From Craspedostauros australis (lineage: Eukaryota), in NCBI GenBank assembly GCA_030167865.1, contig JALAGF010001426.1:1-58963 (forward strand): 58,963 bases of DNA. The letters run 5' to 3'. This document shows positions 48,401-58,360 of the stretch, one piece after another (position 1 is the first letter of the stretch; every line of letters starts with the position of its first letter). Position numbers and translations under genes: made by a program. The notes beneath the pieces were generated by a model. That model had not been told where the DNA came from. It made no database searches and saw only the letters and a program-made list of their open reading frames with translations.

Positions 48401-49214
48401 TGTGGTTGTAGAGCGTCGGGAACGGCTTCGTGCAGGTCGACAGCAGAACGAGCGCCGACACCATCAATCCGCCAAAGAGCGCGATGCCATAAACGAGCAC
48501 CCCGAAGATCCCCATGCTCGCGAAGAAGCGCACATCCTGCTTCGTGGGATTGTAGTCGTTGGGGATGAAGGGATTGACGACGAACTCGAGCACGTCGAAC
48601 GTGGTCGTCTGCTGGCTCGTCGTGCGGATGACGTCGCGCGTCCCAATCTCGTAGGGACTCGTGGCTTCCTTGCCCAGCGCGACGAGATCCGTGATGAGCG
48701 GCACCCATCCCAGCTGCGCCAAGGCCACGAGCAGCATCGTGCAGGACGCGTTGGCGGCATCGAGCAGCATGGCGCAGGCCCCCAGCACGACGGCCCACAG
48801 TCCCATGGCGAGCTGGCACACGGCGCCGATCCATTCGGACCACTGCATCGATGTGGACGGCGTGACGCGTTGGTCCAGGCCGTCCGTGATGGCCGTCAAG
48901 GGTTCCACGGCAATGCACAGCCCCAGCACGAAGACGACGCCACCGATCTGTCGGCGGAAGGCGTCGATGCGCGCGTTGCCCAGCGCTTTGGAGACCTCGG
49001 GCGGCGGCGGCGGTTGCCATGGTCGTGCTGATTTGCGTCGTCGCATTGTTGGGGCGTTGCTGTGGCCATGGCCGTTACTGTGGCTATGGCTATGACTGTG
49101 GTTGCTGTGGCGGGGCCTTTGTGTTGCGCTTGATCTAGACTGCTGCGCGCGCTCTTGGCCTGTTGCGGAGGCCGGCGCTGAGGGTGACATGTCAGCAACT
49201 GCCACTGCCGCCAT
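45453..49214 (-). CDS. Multi-pass membrane protein (about 7-9 TM) with a roughly 850-aa Q/P/D-rich disordered C-terminal tail
   Basis: 1253-aa ORF. Hydrophobic block at about residues 90-410, followed by poly-Q and acidic low-complexity sequence. Family not recognised. Confidence 0.8.
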   Translation of the reverse strand: MAAVAVADMSPSAPASATGQERAQQSRSSATQRPRHSNHSHSHSHSNGHGHSNAPTMRRRKSARPWQPPPPPEVSKALGNARIDAFRRQIGGVVFVLGLCIAVEPLTAITDGLDQRVTPSTSMQWSEWIGAVCQLAMGLWAVVLGACAMLLDAANASCTMLLVALAQLGWVPLITDLVALGKEATSPYEIGTRDVIRTTSQQTTTFDVLEFVVNPFIPNDYNPTKQDVRFFASMGIFGVLVYGIALFGGLMVSALVLLSTCTKPFPTLYNHTSRYYRRILLGYAFLLILAGMPQLLLGAYSINQLENTSPYEPSVGVAMMIVRYPELSIFMGGCQMLLGYYALARFLAYAPIKKTSHEFQFFLGVTWVFHVCVQYVTQVGVSERDQLKTQLPSLVAMSMGLYLVPAYLDLKMRTVHTNPSPRFYALPTKEDMKLMRRHRRQHRLARRPSQWMYPDLAEQQSAGDSVPYSDDGDNDPDVDDHDDDDINHMQQQRPDQTPSPQYHDPRQFRSQPQQPQQQQQQQLARQYTPVPQRSSSPADHDIYFDQATRADTSPRTPPNAVQTSPVDARRMQQQPRQQQQPQQQPQQQQQSRQPQQPQHPNFYKGYPSNAQPMQQAKVGRMDIIHEDPQMQSQALPRARSSAETPRMKNPETYQRMDSNDYDSVATDDTEEGLSHVARVPRRQAPDDDDTSQAAKPSSYYEQLQERRRQQALQQKVPSPRSILKPQSYRDDSSESQSYNDELDQENAIRPDPSEHKLQVDQDIEWQGTVPYSNRSLDTRDGDYRAEPKKTKNTKSRQNIVSPDSPGQRRGVDEPSPKRDPSAKAFRPDSNDPPDEPGTPIDPAPSMVLDRIPSQRRLRLKEQIQYESVRTVPTSNRSIDLLPTGGERIPEFGDSNSAAGWVKYEVETDDDSVDNESDKDADTRDGSNAAEYDDQDYEDDDGHRQPTSYRSYDTVSTLGDDGTFAGLSFRSTDSLLEPKPQSFASYDSTELLPDHLRVRRLTKQPSPQPLPQPSPDPAAQPQQQVSPDPPPRPAPQLSPASRMTEQRRNNRRRGVNSRNGSTRNDDDNGRSNGNENNRSPNAATLSRDQGGIQSFPESVESDDELQDQPLPPPPPQYGDNEYEYEYEEEVEEEEEDDDGDMPAIKPVAHISPPLQSSRPTYNYVNEAKLSSLDDSETIDPQDLPVQHQDDVTSYDNLFGAPSFPTPMSTMPFDSSTETEVEEIESNGTTDLEERLDDLEDELANKSYMEGAPPL

Positions 49215-49813
49215 GGATGGCTGAGCGAATGGCTGAGGGGAGCGTGGTTTGCGGTGCGCTTGATGGTGATGAACTGGATCTGTGCTCTCCCAATGTCAGC
49301 GAAGCAATGGATGTGAAGGTTCGATGAATCCAATTGCTCTCTTGGTGGAGGTATCAGAGTAAAGGTCGGTGTGAAGTCAATGTCCTTCTCCTCTCTCCAG
49401 TCGTTCTCGCACAAGCTATCTCAATGTCCTCTCAGCACTAGTATTTCTATAGCAGATCGCAGTTGGCACCTCTTTCTTCCTTGCACATGCACGCACACCA
49501 TTCCACTTGCGATGCTTGTCTCATCTGCCATTCGATGCTCTGCATCCACGAAGATGGAACTCTTGGCTCTTTCTTGCTCTGATGCGCATGTGTGCATGTG
49601 TGCATGTGTGAAGGATCCGATGACAGTGGCGACAACAACGACAACACATTCGCCACTTTCGATCTCAGGTCTCTTGTGAACGGAGATCAAGAAAGGACTG
49701 CCGAAAATTCGAGATGAACGGAAAAAGGGTTGTTTTCCTCCTCCAACCCAAAATGACTTTTTTGTGAGTTCGCCAATGTCCCACATCACCAATGTCGCAA
49801 GATATGTCGTCGA

Positions 49814-50006
49814 TGACGTCTCAGCATGACTGTACAAGGCTTAAGTGACAATCGACCACATCGATCAAATTCTTCACATTCCACTCCACTGGACACATGA
49901 CGTCATGAATTGAAGAAAGAAGTCAAAGGACTCGAGTCGAAACCGACACATCATCAATTTTCAGCCCAACAAACAAGAAATCCATCTGTCACGAAATGTC
50001 ACGAAA
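49814..50006. promoter_or_regulatory. bZIP-type elements in the divergent promoter upstream of ClpP
   Basis: TGACGT at 49814-49819; perfect palindrome CATGACGTCATG (CRE core TGACGTCA) at 49896-49907; direct repeat TGTCACGAAA x2 at 49987-50006. Confidence 0.45.
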
Positions 50007-50099
50007 GAGGAAGATCTCAGCGTCGCTGCGCCTTGTCACGCGCACAACATCCACAAACGCACAGCAACACAGCCTCACAGCCACAAATCAACAGCCACC

Positions 50100-51567
50100 A
50101 TGAAGCTCTCTGTTTTCGTCACCATCGCGGCCCTCGCCGCCCCAGCCAGCGCCTTCAGCCCATCCGCATCCCTGTCGCGCTCCACCGCCGTGCACAGCAG
50201 CATCCGATCGCAATGGACCATGATGCCGGATGAGCCAGCACCGGAGGTGAGTGCGCGAAACAACAAACAGTGTTTTGTTCGTCCGTCACACGTGTGCTCC
50301 ATGTGGAGGCCTCCAAATTGACGAAACTGCCCACATCCACATCGACGATGGTGATGTGGATTGCCGTTGTGCTGATTTTGACGCAGGCGATGTGATGATA
50401 TTGCCAGCTATTTGACCTATCATCGGTGACAATGGCCATGGTGGTGGTGGTAATACGACCAGCGATGGACCTCGCACCAACTCCATCTGCATACACCGCC
50501 ATCAGCGTGACAACCAGATCAGATGATCAACTCGGGTGTACTCTATGAGTACAGCAATCCCCTTCGTCCTGTCTCACTCTGTTTCACATTGATTGCGTAA
50601 ACAACACACCAATCGATGCATTCACGAATGCAAACTGTTGATGATGGGCAATTGACGATCAACGACAACCACCCTCGTACCAACCATTGATTCATGTCCA
50701 ACATCCACGTCCGGCGACTCGCTGAATGAATGGATCCATCAATCGACAACGCACCCGCAATGGTCCGTGATGTTGGCTTTATCATCACCGCGGGACGTAT
50801 CGCGACACCTTCGTACCAAATTGGCACCGCAACCCAACCCATTCGCAATTGCAACCATAACAACGACAACGTTCAAATGCCAAAATACAACACCATTTTA
50901 CCATACCACGCCGCAGATCGACCCACGCCGAAAGGACCCAGATGAGCGCCCAAACGTCCCACCGGTCCGCATGCCAGTCGTTGACACCGAGAAGGGACAG
51001 ATGGATGTCGTCAGCCGTTTGTTGAAGGACAGAATCCTCCTTTTGGGACAGGGCGTCGATGACGAGGTCGCCAACGTCTTGGTCGCCCAGCTCCTCTACC
51101 TCGCCAACGAGGACCCGGACAAGGACATCACCCTCTACATCAACTCCCCAGGTGGTTCCGTCTCCGCCGGTATGGCCATCTACGACACCATGCAGTACAT
51201 CCCGTGCGACGTCTCCACCGTCTGCTTCGGTATGGCCGCCAGCATGGGAGCCTTCTTGCTGGGCGCCGGCACCCAGGGCAAGAGAAGAGCCCTTCCCAAC
51301 TCCCGCATCATGATCCACCAGCCTTTGGGAGGTGCCCAGGGACAGGCCGCCGACATCGAGATCCAGGCCAAGGAGATCCTCTTCATCCGCGAGGTTTTGA
51401 ACACGTACATTGCCGATTACTGCGACCAGCCAAAGGACAAGATCGAGCAGGACTGCGACCGCGATTTCTTCATGACCCCGGAGGAGGCCGTCGAGTACGG
51501 TATCATCGACGAGGTCGTCAAGACCAAGACAAGTCACATTCCAAAGCCACCAATGCCAGCTTTGTAA
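50100..51567 (+). CDS. clpP: ATP-dependent Clp protease proteolytic subunit, nucleus-encoded and plastid-targeted; 2 exons
   Basis: Exon 1 is 50100-50246 (leader ..APASA-FSPS) and exon 2 is 50917-51567. Intron GTGAGT..CAG at 50247-50916 (670 nt). Motifs [26 protein letters not shown] (Ser), MIHQP (His), DRDFFM (Asp) and YGIID. Confidence 0.96.
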
Positions 51568-52078
51568 GTACTCCATGCAGTCATGTCATATCATTCGCAC
51601 GGATGCGAGCAGAACAAAGCCCAGCCACATCATGACAGGGAACTACGTTACATACACGAATAGCAGGATCCCTTGAATCACATTGTAATCATGCTGTCGA
51701 ATAGCTGATCAGTTGCACCAGTATGGTACAAATGCGCGTACTCTACTCTAGTAACTCCACGCAACTATAAGATCATCGAGGCATGCGCTGTGAGTGGTTT
51801 GGATCTTTGTGGCCTGAGCATCGTGTGTGTGATTTGTGTTGATTTGGTGGTGGTTGAAGTTTGGGATGTTGATGCCGATCACAGTCAGTGACGTTCTTCG
51901 GCAGCCTTTCTTCAACCTTCCGATCGAGTTTTTTGCGCCGACAAATCCTTCCGCGATGGGGGACGCTTCAAATTGAACTCCTGTTGGATTATCATAGGAT
52001 AGCAGAGGAAGACTCGAGTTATCGCAGATCAGCCTGAGTCACCAAACGAGGCTTACTGCGACAATATAACAAAGGAAG

Positions 52079-53167
52079 ATGGTTGGATTCACACAGTTAC
52101 TGGCGCTCCAAGCGACGTTCGCCATTGCAACAGCATTCGCCTTCCATTCCGCAAGCCGCAACGCACATTGGCAGCAAGAAGCAGGAACATCGCATCATGT
52201 CGGCACTGCGACGACGACCTTGTTTGCATCCGGACCAAGATCCAGCGAGCGCAGAACAAGCCGACGCTCGCCACCGCGCGAACGAAGGACACGGCCGGCC
52301 GAAGTATTTGATGGACGGCGCATGACATCGCAACAAGATTCCAACGAAGCATCGCCCATGTTGTTCGATCTATCCTCACAGCAAGACTTGCGTTGCCGCA
52401 CACACGACGCATTGCAATTCTCTGCACGCAGCGAGGCGTTGCCATACACGTTCGTCTCGTTGGATGACGTGTTCGTGCCAGGCACATCGCATATCTTCAA
52501 CACCAACGCGACGTTCCGCGATGCGTTGCGCATGTCGATTCGGCAGGATATCTTCGATTCGACGCCGTACTATGCGACGCTGAGCGACAAGGCCAAATCG
52601 GTTCTGCTGATGCCGGACTCTTCGTTGGAAGGATCGTGGAATCCGAAAGCGACGTTCGGTGACGGCGAGGCGCCTTCCACATTGCGCATGAAGAAGACAA
52701 CGACCGTTCTGCACGACGCTGTGACGGCGCACTCCGCGACGACCGACATGGAGCAGCCACTCCCCACCGGCGACGACTTCATGGCCGCCATCGGCGCGCT
52801 GTGCGGCACCGAACCATCGACGCATTGGATCGATATTGTCGGCATCCTCGATCGCAAGATTTCGCATTCATGGCACCAAGACGCCAGCATGAGCAAAGGC
52901 ACGAGCACCGTCCTGCTGGGATTCCCATGTGACGATGCCTACGAGGGTTGCGGCGTGTTTTCGCATATCGTGCCGCTGCAGCAGGCATGTCGCGTCTCGC
53001 ATCCCGCGACGATGGAGCCCGTGCTGTTTGAAGGGACGGTCGATGAGAAACATATCGTGCGGCCGTCGTATGCGCCGGGTAAGGAGCTCATCGTGTATCG
53101 CGACATCGATGTGCTGCATAGTTCGCCGGATGTCGCGTATCGCACGAGTATCATGCGGTTTATGTGA
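52079..53167 (+). CDS. Probable 2OG-Fe(II) oxygenase-like protein with signal/plastid leader
   Basis: HSWHQD (HxD), TVLLGFP, a distal VLHSSPD His and a following Arg near the C-terminus. Leader MVGFTQLLALQATFAIATA-FAF. Confidence 0.68.
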   Translation: MVGFTQLLALQATFAIATAFAFHSASRNAHWQQEAGTSHHVGTATTTLFASGPRSSERRTSRRSPPRERRTRPAEVFDGRRMTSQQDSNEASPMLFDLSSQQDLRCRTHDALQFSARSEALPYTFVSLDDVFVPGTSHIFNTNATFRDALRMSIRQDIFDSTPYYATLSDKAKSVLLMPDSSLEGSWNPKATFGDGEAPSTLRMKKTTTVLHDAVTAHSATTDMEQPLPTGDDFMAAIGALCGTEPSTHWIDIVGILDRKISHSWHQDASMSKGTSTVLLGFPCDDAYEGCGVFSHIVPLQQACRVSHPATMEPVLFEGTVDEKHIVRPSYAPGKELIVYRDIDVLHSSPDVAYRTSIMRFM

Positions 53168-53312
53168 CTTGAGTGATTGCGTGAGTGAGGTGGGGTAATA
53201 TGAAACATAATAGGAGTAGATCGCCACACGTTCGATTAATAAACTATGTTTGTTTTACGTCACCAGAGTACTGGTACGACCATGCAAAAACAAAACTCAA
53301 TCCACAAGCGCC

Positions 53313-54320
53313 TCAAAATCGTTCCACCGTTGCGAATTGCGTCGTATTGAGGAGATGAACGAAGTATTGCCGCTGAATATGATCCGGAATGCGCGTACTG
53401 CCGTACGTGTTGCTGTTGTGGATAAATACGGGATAGATATCGTCCGCCGACGTCTCATGCACCAACCGCATATCCCTCCAGTTGGGATAGAGAACGAACT
53501 GCTTCGACATGGCGCGCAATGTGCATTCCCGTGAAGAGAACTTCTTGACCTTGCGCAACAACGACTGATCGCGCGTCGTATGCGGCGACGTATCGAAGAA
53601 ATGCCGCCATGCCTGCAAACAGGGTCGGGCATGGCGACGATGCATTAAGATGATGCCGGAATTGAGAATGTTCTTGGAACACGTGGGACAATCGCGGAAG
53701 AGGAAGAGGCCGGGATCTTGCAGGCGGGGGCGTGTCTGTTGCAGAAAGACGGTGAGCGGCGAGCGCACGACGATATCGACGTCCATGTAGAGGATCGTTT
53801 GGAGGCGGGGCAAGATGTGCGTGCGCAGCAAGGTGGCCTCGGCGTAGTCCACGACGAGCGTCTTGAAGCGCTTGTAAATCATGGTGACGGATTTGAATGG
53901 AATCTGGGAGGCGTTGGCCGTCGTCGGATGCAGATGCGAGGCGTTGGCGTGCACGACGTGGATGAAGCGTTGCCTCGCAAAGACGCTGTCGTAGTGCTGC
54001 CCGCGATCCGTGATGATGACGATGTGGCCATCGTGCCAGGCTCCTTGATGAGTGAGCGAGTAGACGCATCGCTGCGTCATGCGCGTGTGCGAGACGTTGC
54101 CCATGGCCAGCAGCACGACGGCCGTCTCGGACTTGATGGCGGCGTCGTCGCTGTTGATCGTCTGCTGGTGCGTGATGATCGCATCTTGCGCTTGCGGCAT
54201 CACGTTCTGGACTGCATGCTGATGCAGAACGGCCATGCCCGCAATGCAGAGCCCAACGGCAGCGGCCAGCAGCATCCGGATGAAGCCATGGCGCGATGAT
54301 GCCGCGCGAGTCATCGCCAT
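53313..54320 (-). CDS. Type II membrane GT-A glycosyltransferase (nucleotide-diphospho-sugar transferase)
   Basis: Short N-tail and TM (MLLAAAVGLCIAGMAVL), IVIITD, KRFKT, ILYMDVDIV (DxD), LNSGIILM and RDQSLL. Confidence 0.82.
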   Translation of the reverse strand: MAMTRAASSRHGFIRMLLAAAVGLCIAGMAVLHQHAVQNVMPQAQDAIITHQQTINSDDAAIKSETAVVLLAMGNVSHTRMTQRCVYSLTHQGAWHDGHIVIITDRGQHYDSVFARQRFIHVVHANASHLHPTTANASQIPFKSVTMIYKRFKTLVVDYAEATLLRTHILPRLQTILYMDVDIVVRSPLTVFLQQTRPRLQDPGLFLFRDCPTCSKNILNSGIILMHRRHARPCLQAWRHFFDTSPHTTRDQSLLRKVKKFSSRECTLRAMSKQFVLYPNWRDMRLVHETSADDIYPVFIHNSNTYGSTRIPDHIQRQYFVHLLNTTQFATVERF

Positions 54321-55306
54321 GCTGGCAAACAGCTCCTCTCGACTTCAGATGATCGCCATCGCCGCAGCCATCGCTGTTGGTTTCGTGCAGATCGGACGGC
54401 GCAGCCACTCTAAAGAGTATTGGCTATTGGCTATTGGGTTTAATGGTATGGTGGTATGGTAGTATTATAGTATGGCAGCGTGAGAATGAATCCTCTCGAG
54501 ATTCGTGTGATGAGAAGAATCACAGGATGGCGATGATACCGCTGCCGCTCCGGATGTTGGAAAGAATTGGCAATAGTGCAGTTCGGGACGCTCCCGGAGG
54601 CGGACGTTGTGGCGCTGCCACAAGATCTTTGGTTTCGTTCTTGGCCGATCCCAGGAACAACATCGCCGTCGTGGAGGTTGTTTCTGCTGAAAGAGAAGCG
54701 CGATGAAACAGCCATGTCGTCATTTCAATGATTTCATCCCTGATGGCGCGTTCGACAAAGCGCATAGGGTTCGCAAACATAAGTAACACGACCAACAACC
54801 GAACGATACGTTGAGTCGATGCTCCACGTTCAACATGCCAACGACACAAAATGTACGTGTTCAACAGAAGAAGTCGGAAGCAGTGCAACATGACGTGGGT
54901 GATCGGGCACGAAACCAAACAAGAACAAGAATGAAGAAACGCTGTGCCCTGCATACCATCAGCAGTCGTCACACCCAGCAATCACATCATCGCCCCGTTG
55001 TTTGCATCATCTTTGGAACAAGAGAGCACCAAGAAGAGCTTCTCCGCTTGCCTTCCTCAACTTTATCGAGTAGGCCGTACTAGACTCACACATCTATTCG
55101 CTCACATGCGTGACAAACAGAGAAACAGTGGACCAAGCACAACATCGGAGCCTGCTGAGGCAGCAGCGCTCGTCTCACAAAGATAAGGAACAGTAGGAAC
55201 AGAAGCAATCGAAGCAAGAAAGTGTAAGACCATCATCCGGAGCAACACAGACATCCACAGCCACACTCCGCCAACACCAATAGAATAGGTCGCACCCAGC
55301 CACACA

Positions 55307-56983
55307 ATGAAGCGAACATCGACATGGACAACGTCGCGGTACGGCGAAGAAATCGCCGGCGACCAGCTGAAGCTGCTGGATGAGACCGACGTCGCCATTG
55401 CCGAATGGGCGCTGGCAGCCGACGTGGATATTGGCCTCCCAGGACCGCCATCGCTGTGCGGCTCAGACTCGGAGGGGCAGTCGGACGACCTCGCGCAGGA
55501 TGAGGAACAGCGCAGCAACAAGATCCCGGCCTACTGCCAGGCCTACGATCCGCAGCAATCCGTCTCGTGGAATCTCTTGCACGGCAACACGCATCCCATG
55601 ATGCAGCGCACCGAAACGGCCAAGGCCCGGACGCCAACCAGCGACGCGGTCCAACCCCTGCGCCCGTGGGATCACTGCGCCGTGCCGGACCGCCACACCA
55701 ACCTCGACGTGCCCACCCGATACCACAACAACAACCTGCCGGAACAGCCCGTCGCCGAGGAACTCCTCAAGCTGGATTCCAGGCAGCGCGAGAAGGTCTA
55801 CGAGGAGATCCACGGCGTCGCGCCGACGACGGTCGAGACGGACGTCTTCGTCGAGAAGTCCATCCTCAAGCTGCAGAGCCAGCTGCGCAAGATGAAGAGC
55901 GCGATGCGAAGGGACTACGACCGCGCCGCCTTTCTCAATCCGACCTACGTCAAGAGCACCAGCTTCCAGCTCATGTTCCTGCGGGCCGAATGCTTCGATG
56001 CGCCCAAGGCGGCCAAGCGCATCGTGCTGCACTTCGCGGAGAAGCGGAAGCTCTTCGGTCCGGGCCTGCTGTCAAAGCACATCACCTTCCAGGATCTCGA
56101 TGAGGAGGCCCAGAAGTCCGTCATGCTCACGGAAGGACCCTTCATGTTCCACAACTGCAGGGACAATTCCGGCCGATCGTTCTTCGTGCAACGGTACGTG
56201 CATGAGGTCGGCAAGAACCACGAAACGCGCCGCCATCCCAAGGCGCTTTGGTACATGGTCATGTCGTGTCTCAAGCACAACGTCGACACGCAGCGGCGCG
56301 GCGTCAACCTCATCCTCTGCACGTTGGGCACCAACCCCACGGACTTCCTCTTCATGTTCGACGTCCAAAAGCGCAACTCCTCCATCTTCAAGTCCACGCC
56401 GTTCCGCATCACGGCATGCCACTTCTGCGTCGAACATCCCTGCATCAACTCCCTCGCGCGCCTCGTCATCTCCTTCTTCCCCAAGGACTTGCGCGCGCAC
56501 ACCAAGATCCACCGCGGCTCAACGATGGAATGCACCTACTCCATGCAAGGCTACGGCATCGGGCGTGGAGCCTTGCCAATGGATAAATGGGGCCGCATTG
56601 ACGCAGATTTCGTCGACTCATGGATCTGCGCCATGCGCGAGTTGGAACGCATCGAGGATCAGAATCAGTTGGCCAATTTACCGCACGGCGCCATTCTCAG
56701 TCCGCACGTGAACGACATCCTCATGGGACGCGGATTGCCGTACCAAACCTACACGGGCAACATGCAGATGGTGCGGCTCGTCGATGCCAAGAAGAAGCAG
56801 TACATGCGCGGCAATCGCAAGCAGCGGCAGCAAGTCACCAAATCCGTCATTGGGGAACTCATGCATACGTACAAGGCGCGGTTTTTGGAACGGCGAGACG
56901 GGTGCTGGATGCAGGAGCATGACGCCAAGCGCATTCATGAGAAGGTGGCCATGATCTTTCGCAATGCTGTGCGGGATCTGTGA
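55307..56983 (+). CDS. CRAL-TRIO/Sec14-like domain plus C-terminal DUF6824-type domain
   Basis: N-terminal part: REKVYEEIHG, FQLMFLRAECFDAPKAAKRIVLHF..KRKLFG, DNSGR, TQRRG, PFRITACHFC, YGI..LP. C-terminal part: NDILMGRG..GN..LV..Y..RFL..W..EKVAMIFRN. Confidence 0.87.
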   Translation: MKRTSTWTTSRYGEEIAGDQLKLLDETDVAIAEWALAADVDIGLPGPPSLCGSDSEGQSDDLAQDEEQRSNKIPAYCQAYDPQQSVSWNLLHGNTHPMMQRTETAKARTPTSDAVQPLRPWDHCAVPDRHTNLDVPTRYHNNNLPEQPVAEELLKLDSRQREKVYEEIHGVAPTTVETDVFVEKSILKLQSQLRKMKSAMRRDYDRAAFLNPTYVKSTSFQLMFLRAECFDAPKAAKRIVLHFAEKRKLFGPGLLSKHITFQDLDEEAQKSVMLTEGPFMFHNCRDNSGRSFFVQRYVHEVGKNHETRRHPKALWYMVMSCLKHNVDTQRRGVNLILCTLGTNPTDFLFMFDVQKRNSSIFKSTPFRITACHFCVEHPCINSLARLVISFFPKDLRAHTKIHRGSTMECTYSMQGYGIGRGALPMDKWGRIDADFVDSWICAMRELERIEDQNQLANLPHGAILSPHVNDILMGRGLPYQTYTGNMQMVRLVDAKKKQYMRGNRKQRQQVTKSVIGELMHTYKARFLERRDGCWMQEHDAKRIHEKVAMIFRNAVRDL

Positions 56984-57699
56984 GGTGGGAGGAAATTGGG
57001 CCGCGATGGTCGCACGTAGTGATCGAGGGAACGGACGGTGCCAACGATTTAGAAGAGCCGCGACGTAGGAGCAGCACTTCCTTTCAGAGGACAATTTTAG
57101 CTTAGAAACTTGCATGTCTTTGTATCACTACAATACTCGGCATCATGTAGCCAGAGGCACGTAAAGTATGGTACATGGTATGGTGGGTATGGGAGAGCAC
57201 GATAGTCAGTGGAATCCAGACGTGGAGACTGCACATTTAAGTTTTGATATGCTAATTTACCGAATATTTCGAACATGTCAGTCATTGTTTTCCACAGACA
57301 GACAATACGGACAAGATAAACAGACATGCGATAGAACGCAGTCGTTGTTTGCAAACATCCACGAAACAACAGCCAAGCGTGTCCATATTCGCCGTTTAGG
57401 GTGTGATGGCTATGTGGCACCAAGAACCCCAAGAGCAAACGCCCACACCGGAAAGAAAACCAGCGATTGGTTGGCTCGTCTTCGTGACTGTTTTGGCGTC
57501 AGCGGTACGGCTGGTTGTGACATTTTGAATAGTAGCCTGCGGGAGTCACCAAGTGAGGTCTTTGATGCTTTGGATCGCACAAATCCTCTGCATTTCGAGC
57601 ATCGCACAGATGGCACAGAGGCGTCTGTGAGTTTTGATATTTCAGATGGAAACCTTTCGCTTCCTCGTCTCCATCTGGAGCATCGACATTGCAGCCATC

Positions 57700-58360
57700 A
57701 GATGATGCTCCCATACCTGGAGTGTGCAATTGCTCCGTTGACCCTGTCCTGCGCTTCACAAGTGCGGGGAGAGTACGGCAGAGTCGTTCAATTTCTTCAC
57801 TTGTGGCTCCATCGAACTTTCATTTTAGCGTGCCATACGCTGTGTTGGGAATCGCATCAGCACGTGCATGAGGTCACGGACGGTTCTTCGGCATTTGGGT
57901 TGAAGCTGCTCCTTGATTGTTGTGCCCTTCGTGTTATTATGGACATAGGTATGCGTGAATGAGAGTTCGCCATCGTTCCACATCATGGTACTTATGCCTG
58001 CACCCGATGTCAGTTTGCAGTTATCTCAAGTGAATGGCTTTTTACGTCGCGAACATGGGACCAAAAAAAGCAGAATTGTGTGGAGAGGTTCAGTTGACAA
58101 ACATCTCTGTCTCGCCATGTTGTTACTGTTTGGTGTTGCGATTTTCTGAAGTCGATAGCGCTTTGGTGTTGTTATAGTAGCCTTCCACTCGTCCGCATTG
58201 GCGACAACCACAAGGAGGTCACTCCATCCATGTCGTATGTTGGTTGCTGCCGTTGTTTGCAAAATAGTTATGGAGTAGATCGTGTCTGTGCTCTCCAACG
58301 ATGCATTTGGACGGTCAACAGGTAATGGCAAATTGTGGACACACGAAACGAGGTTAAAGG
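57700..58360 (-). mobile_element. Possible highly decayed DNA-transposon relic
   Basis: Broken minus-strand frames give FVCPQ, IRHGWSD..VV..D, KRYR, DNC and RDLMHVLMRF. These recall the CP..GW..RVV.D..RY.C and D..H...R motifs of eukaryotic transposase-related ORFs. Multiple stops and frameshifts; no terminal repeats found. Confidence 0.28.

Noticed and set aside
47838-49031. 397-aa plus-strand and 377-aa alternative-frame ORFs
   Set aside because: Shadow frames of the GC-rich membrane-domain coding region.
50638-50726. TGATGA..CTGA pair in the clpP intron as a C/D snoRNA
   Set aside because: No terminal stem and no recognisable rRNA-complementary guide; these motifs are frequent by chance here.
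50785-51576. 263-aa minus-strand ORF
   Set aside because: Antisense shadow of clpP.
57168-57962. 264-aa plus-strand ORF
   Set aside because: No motifs or codon bias; lies opposite the suspected decayed element.
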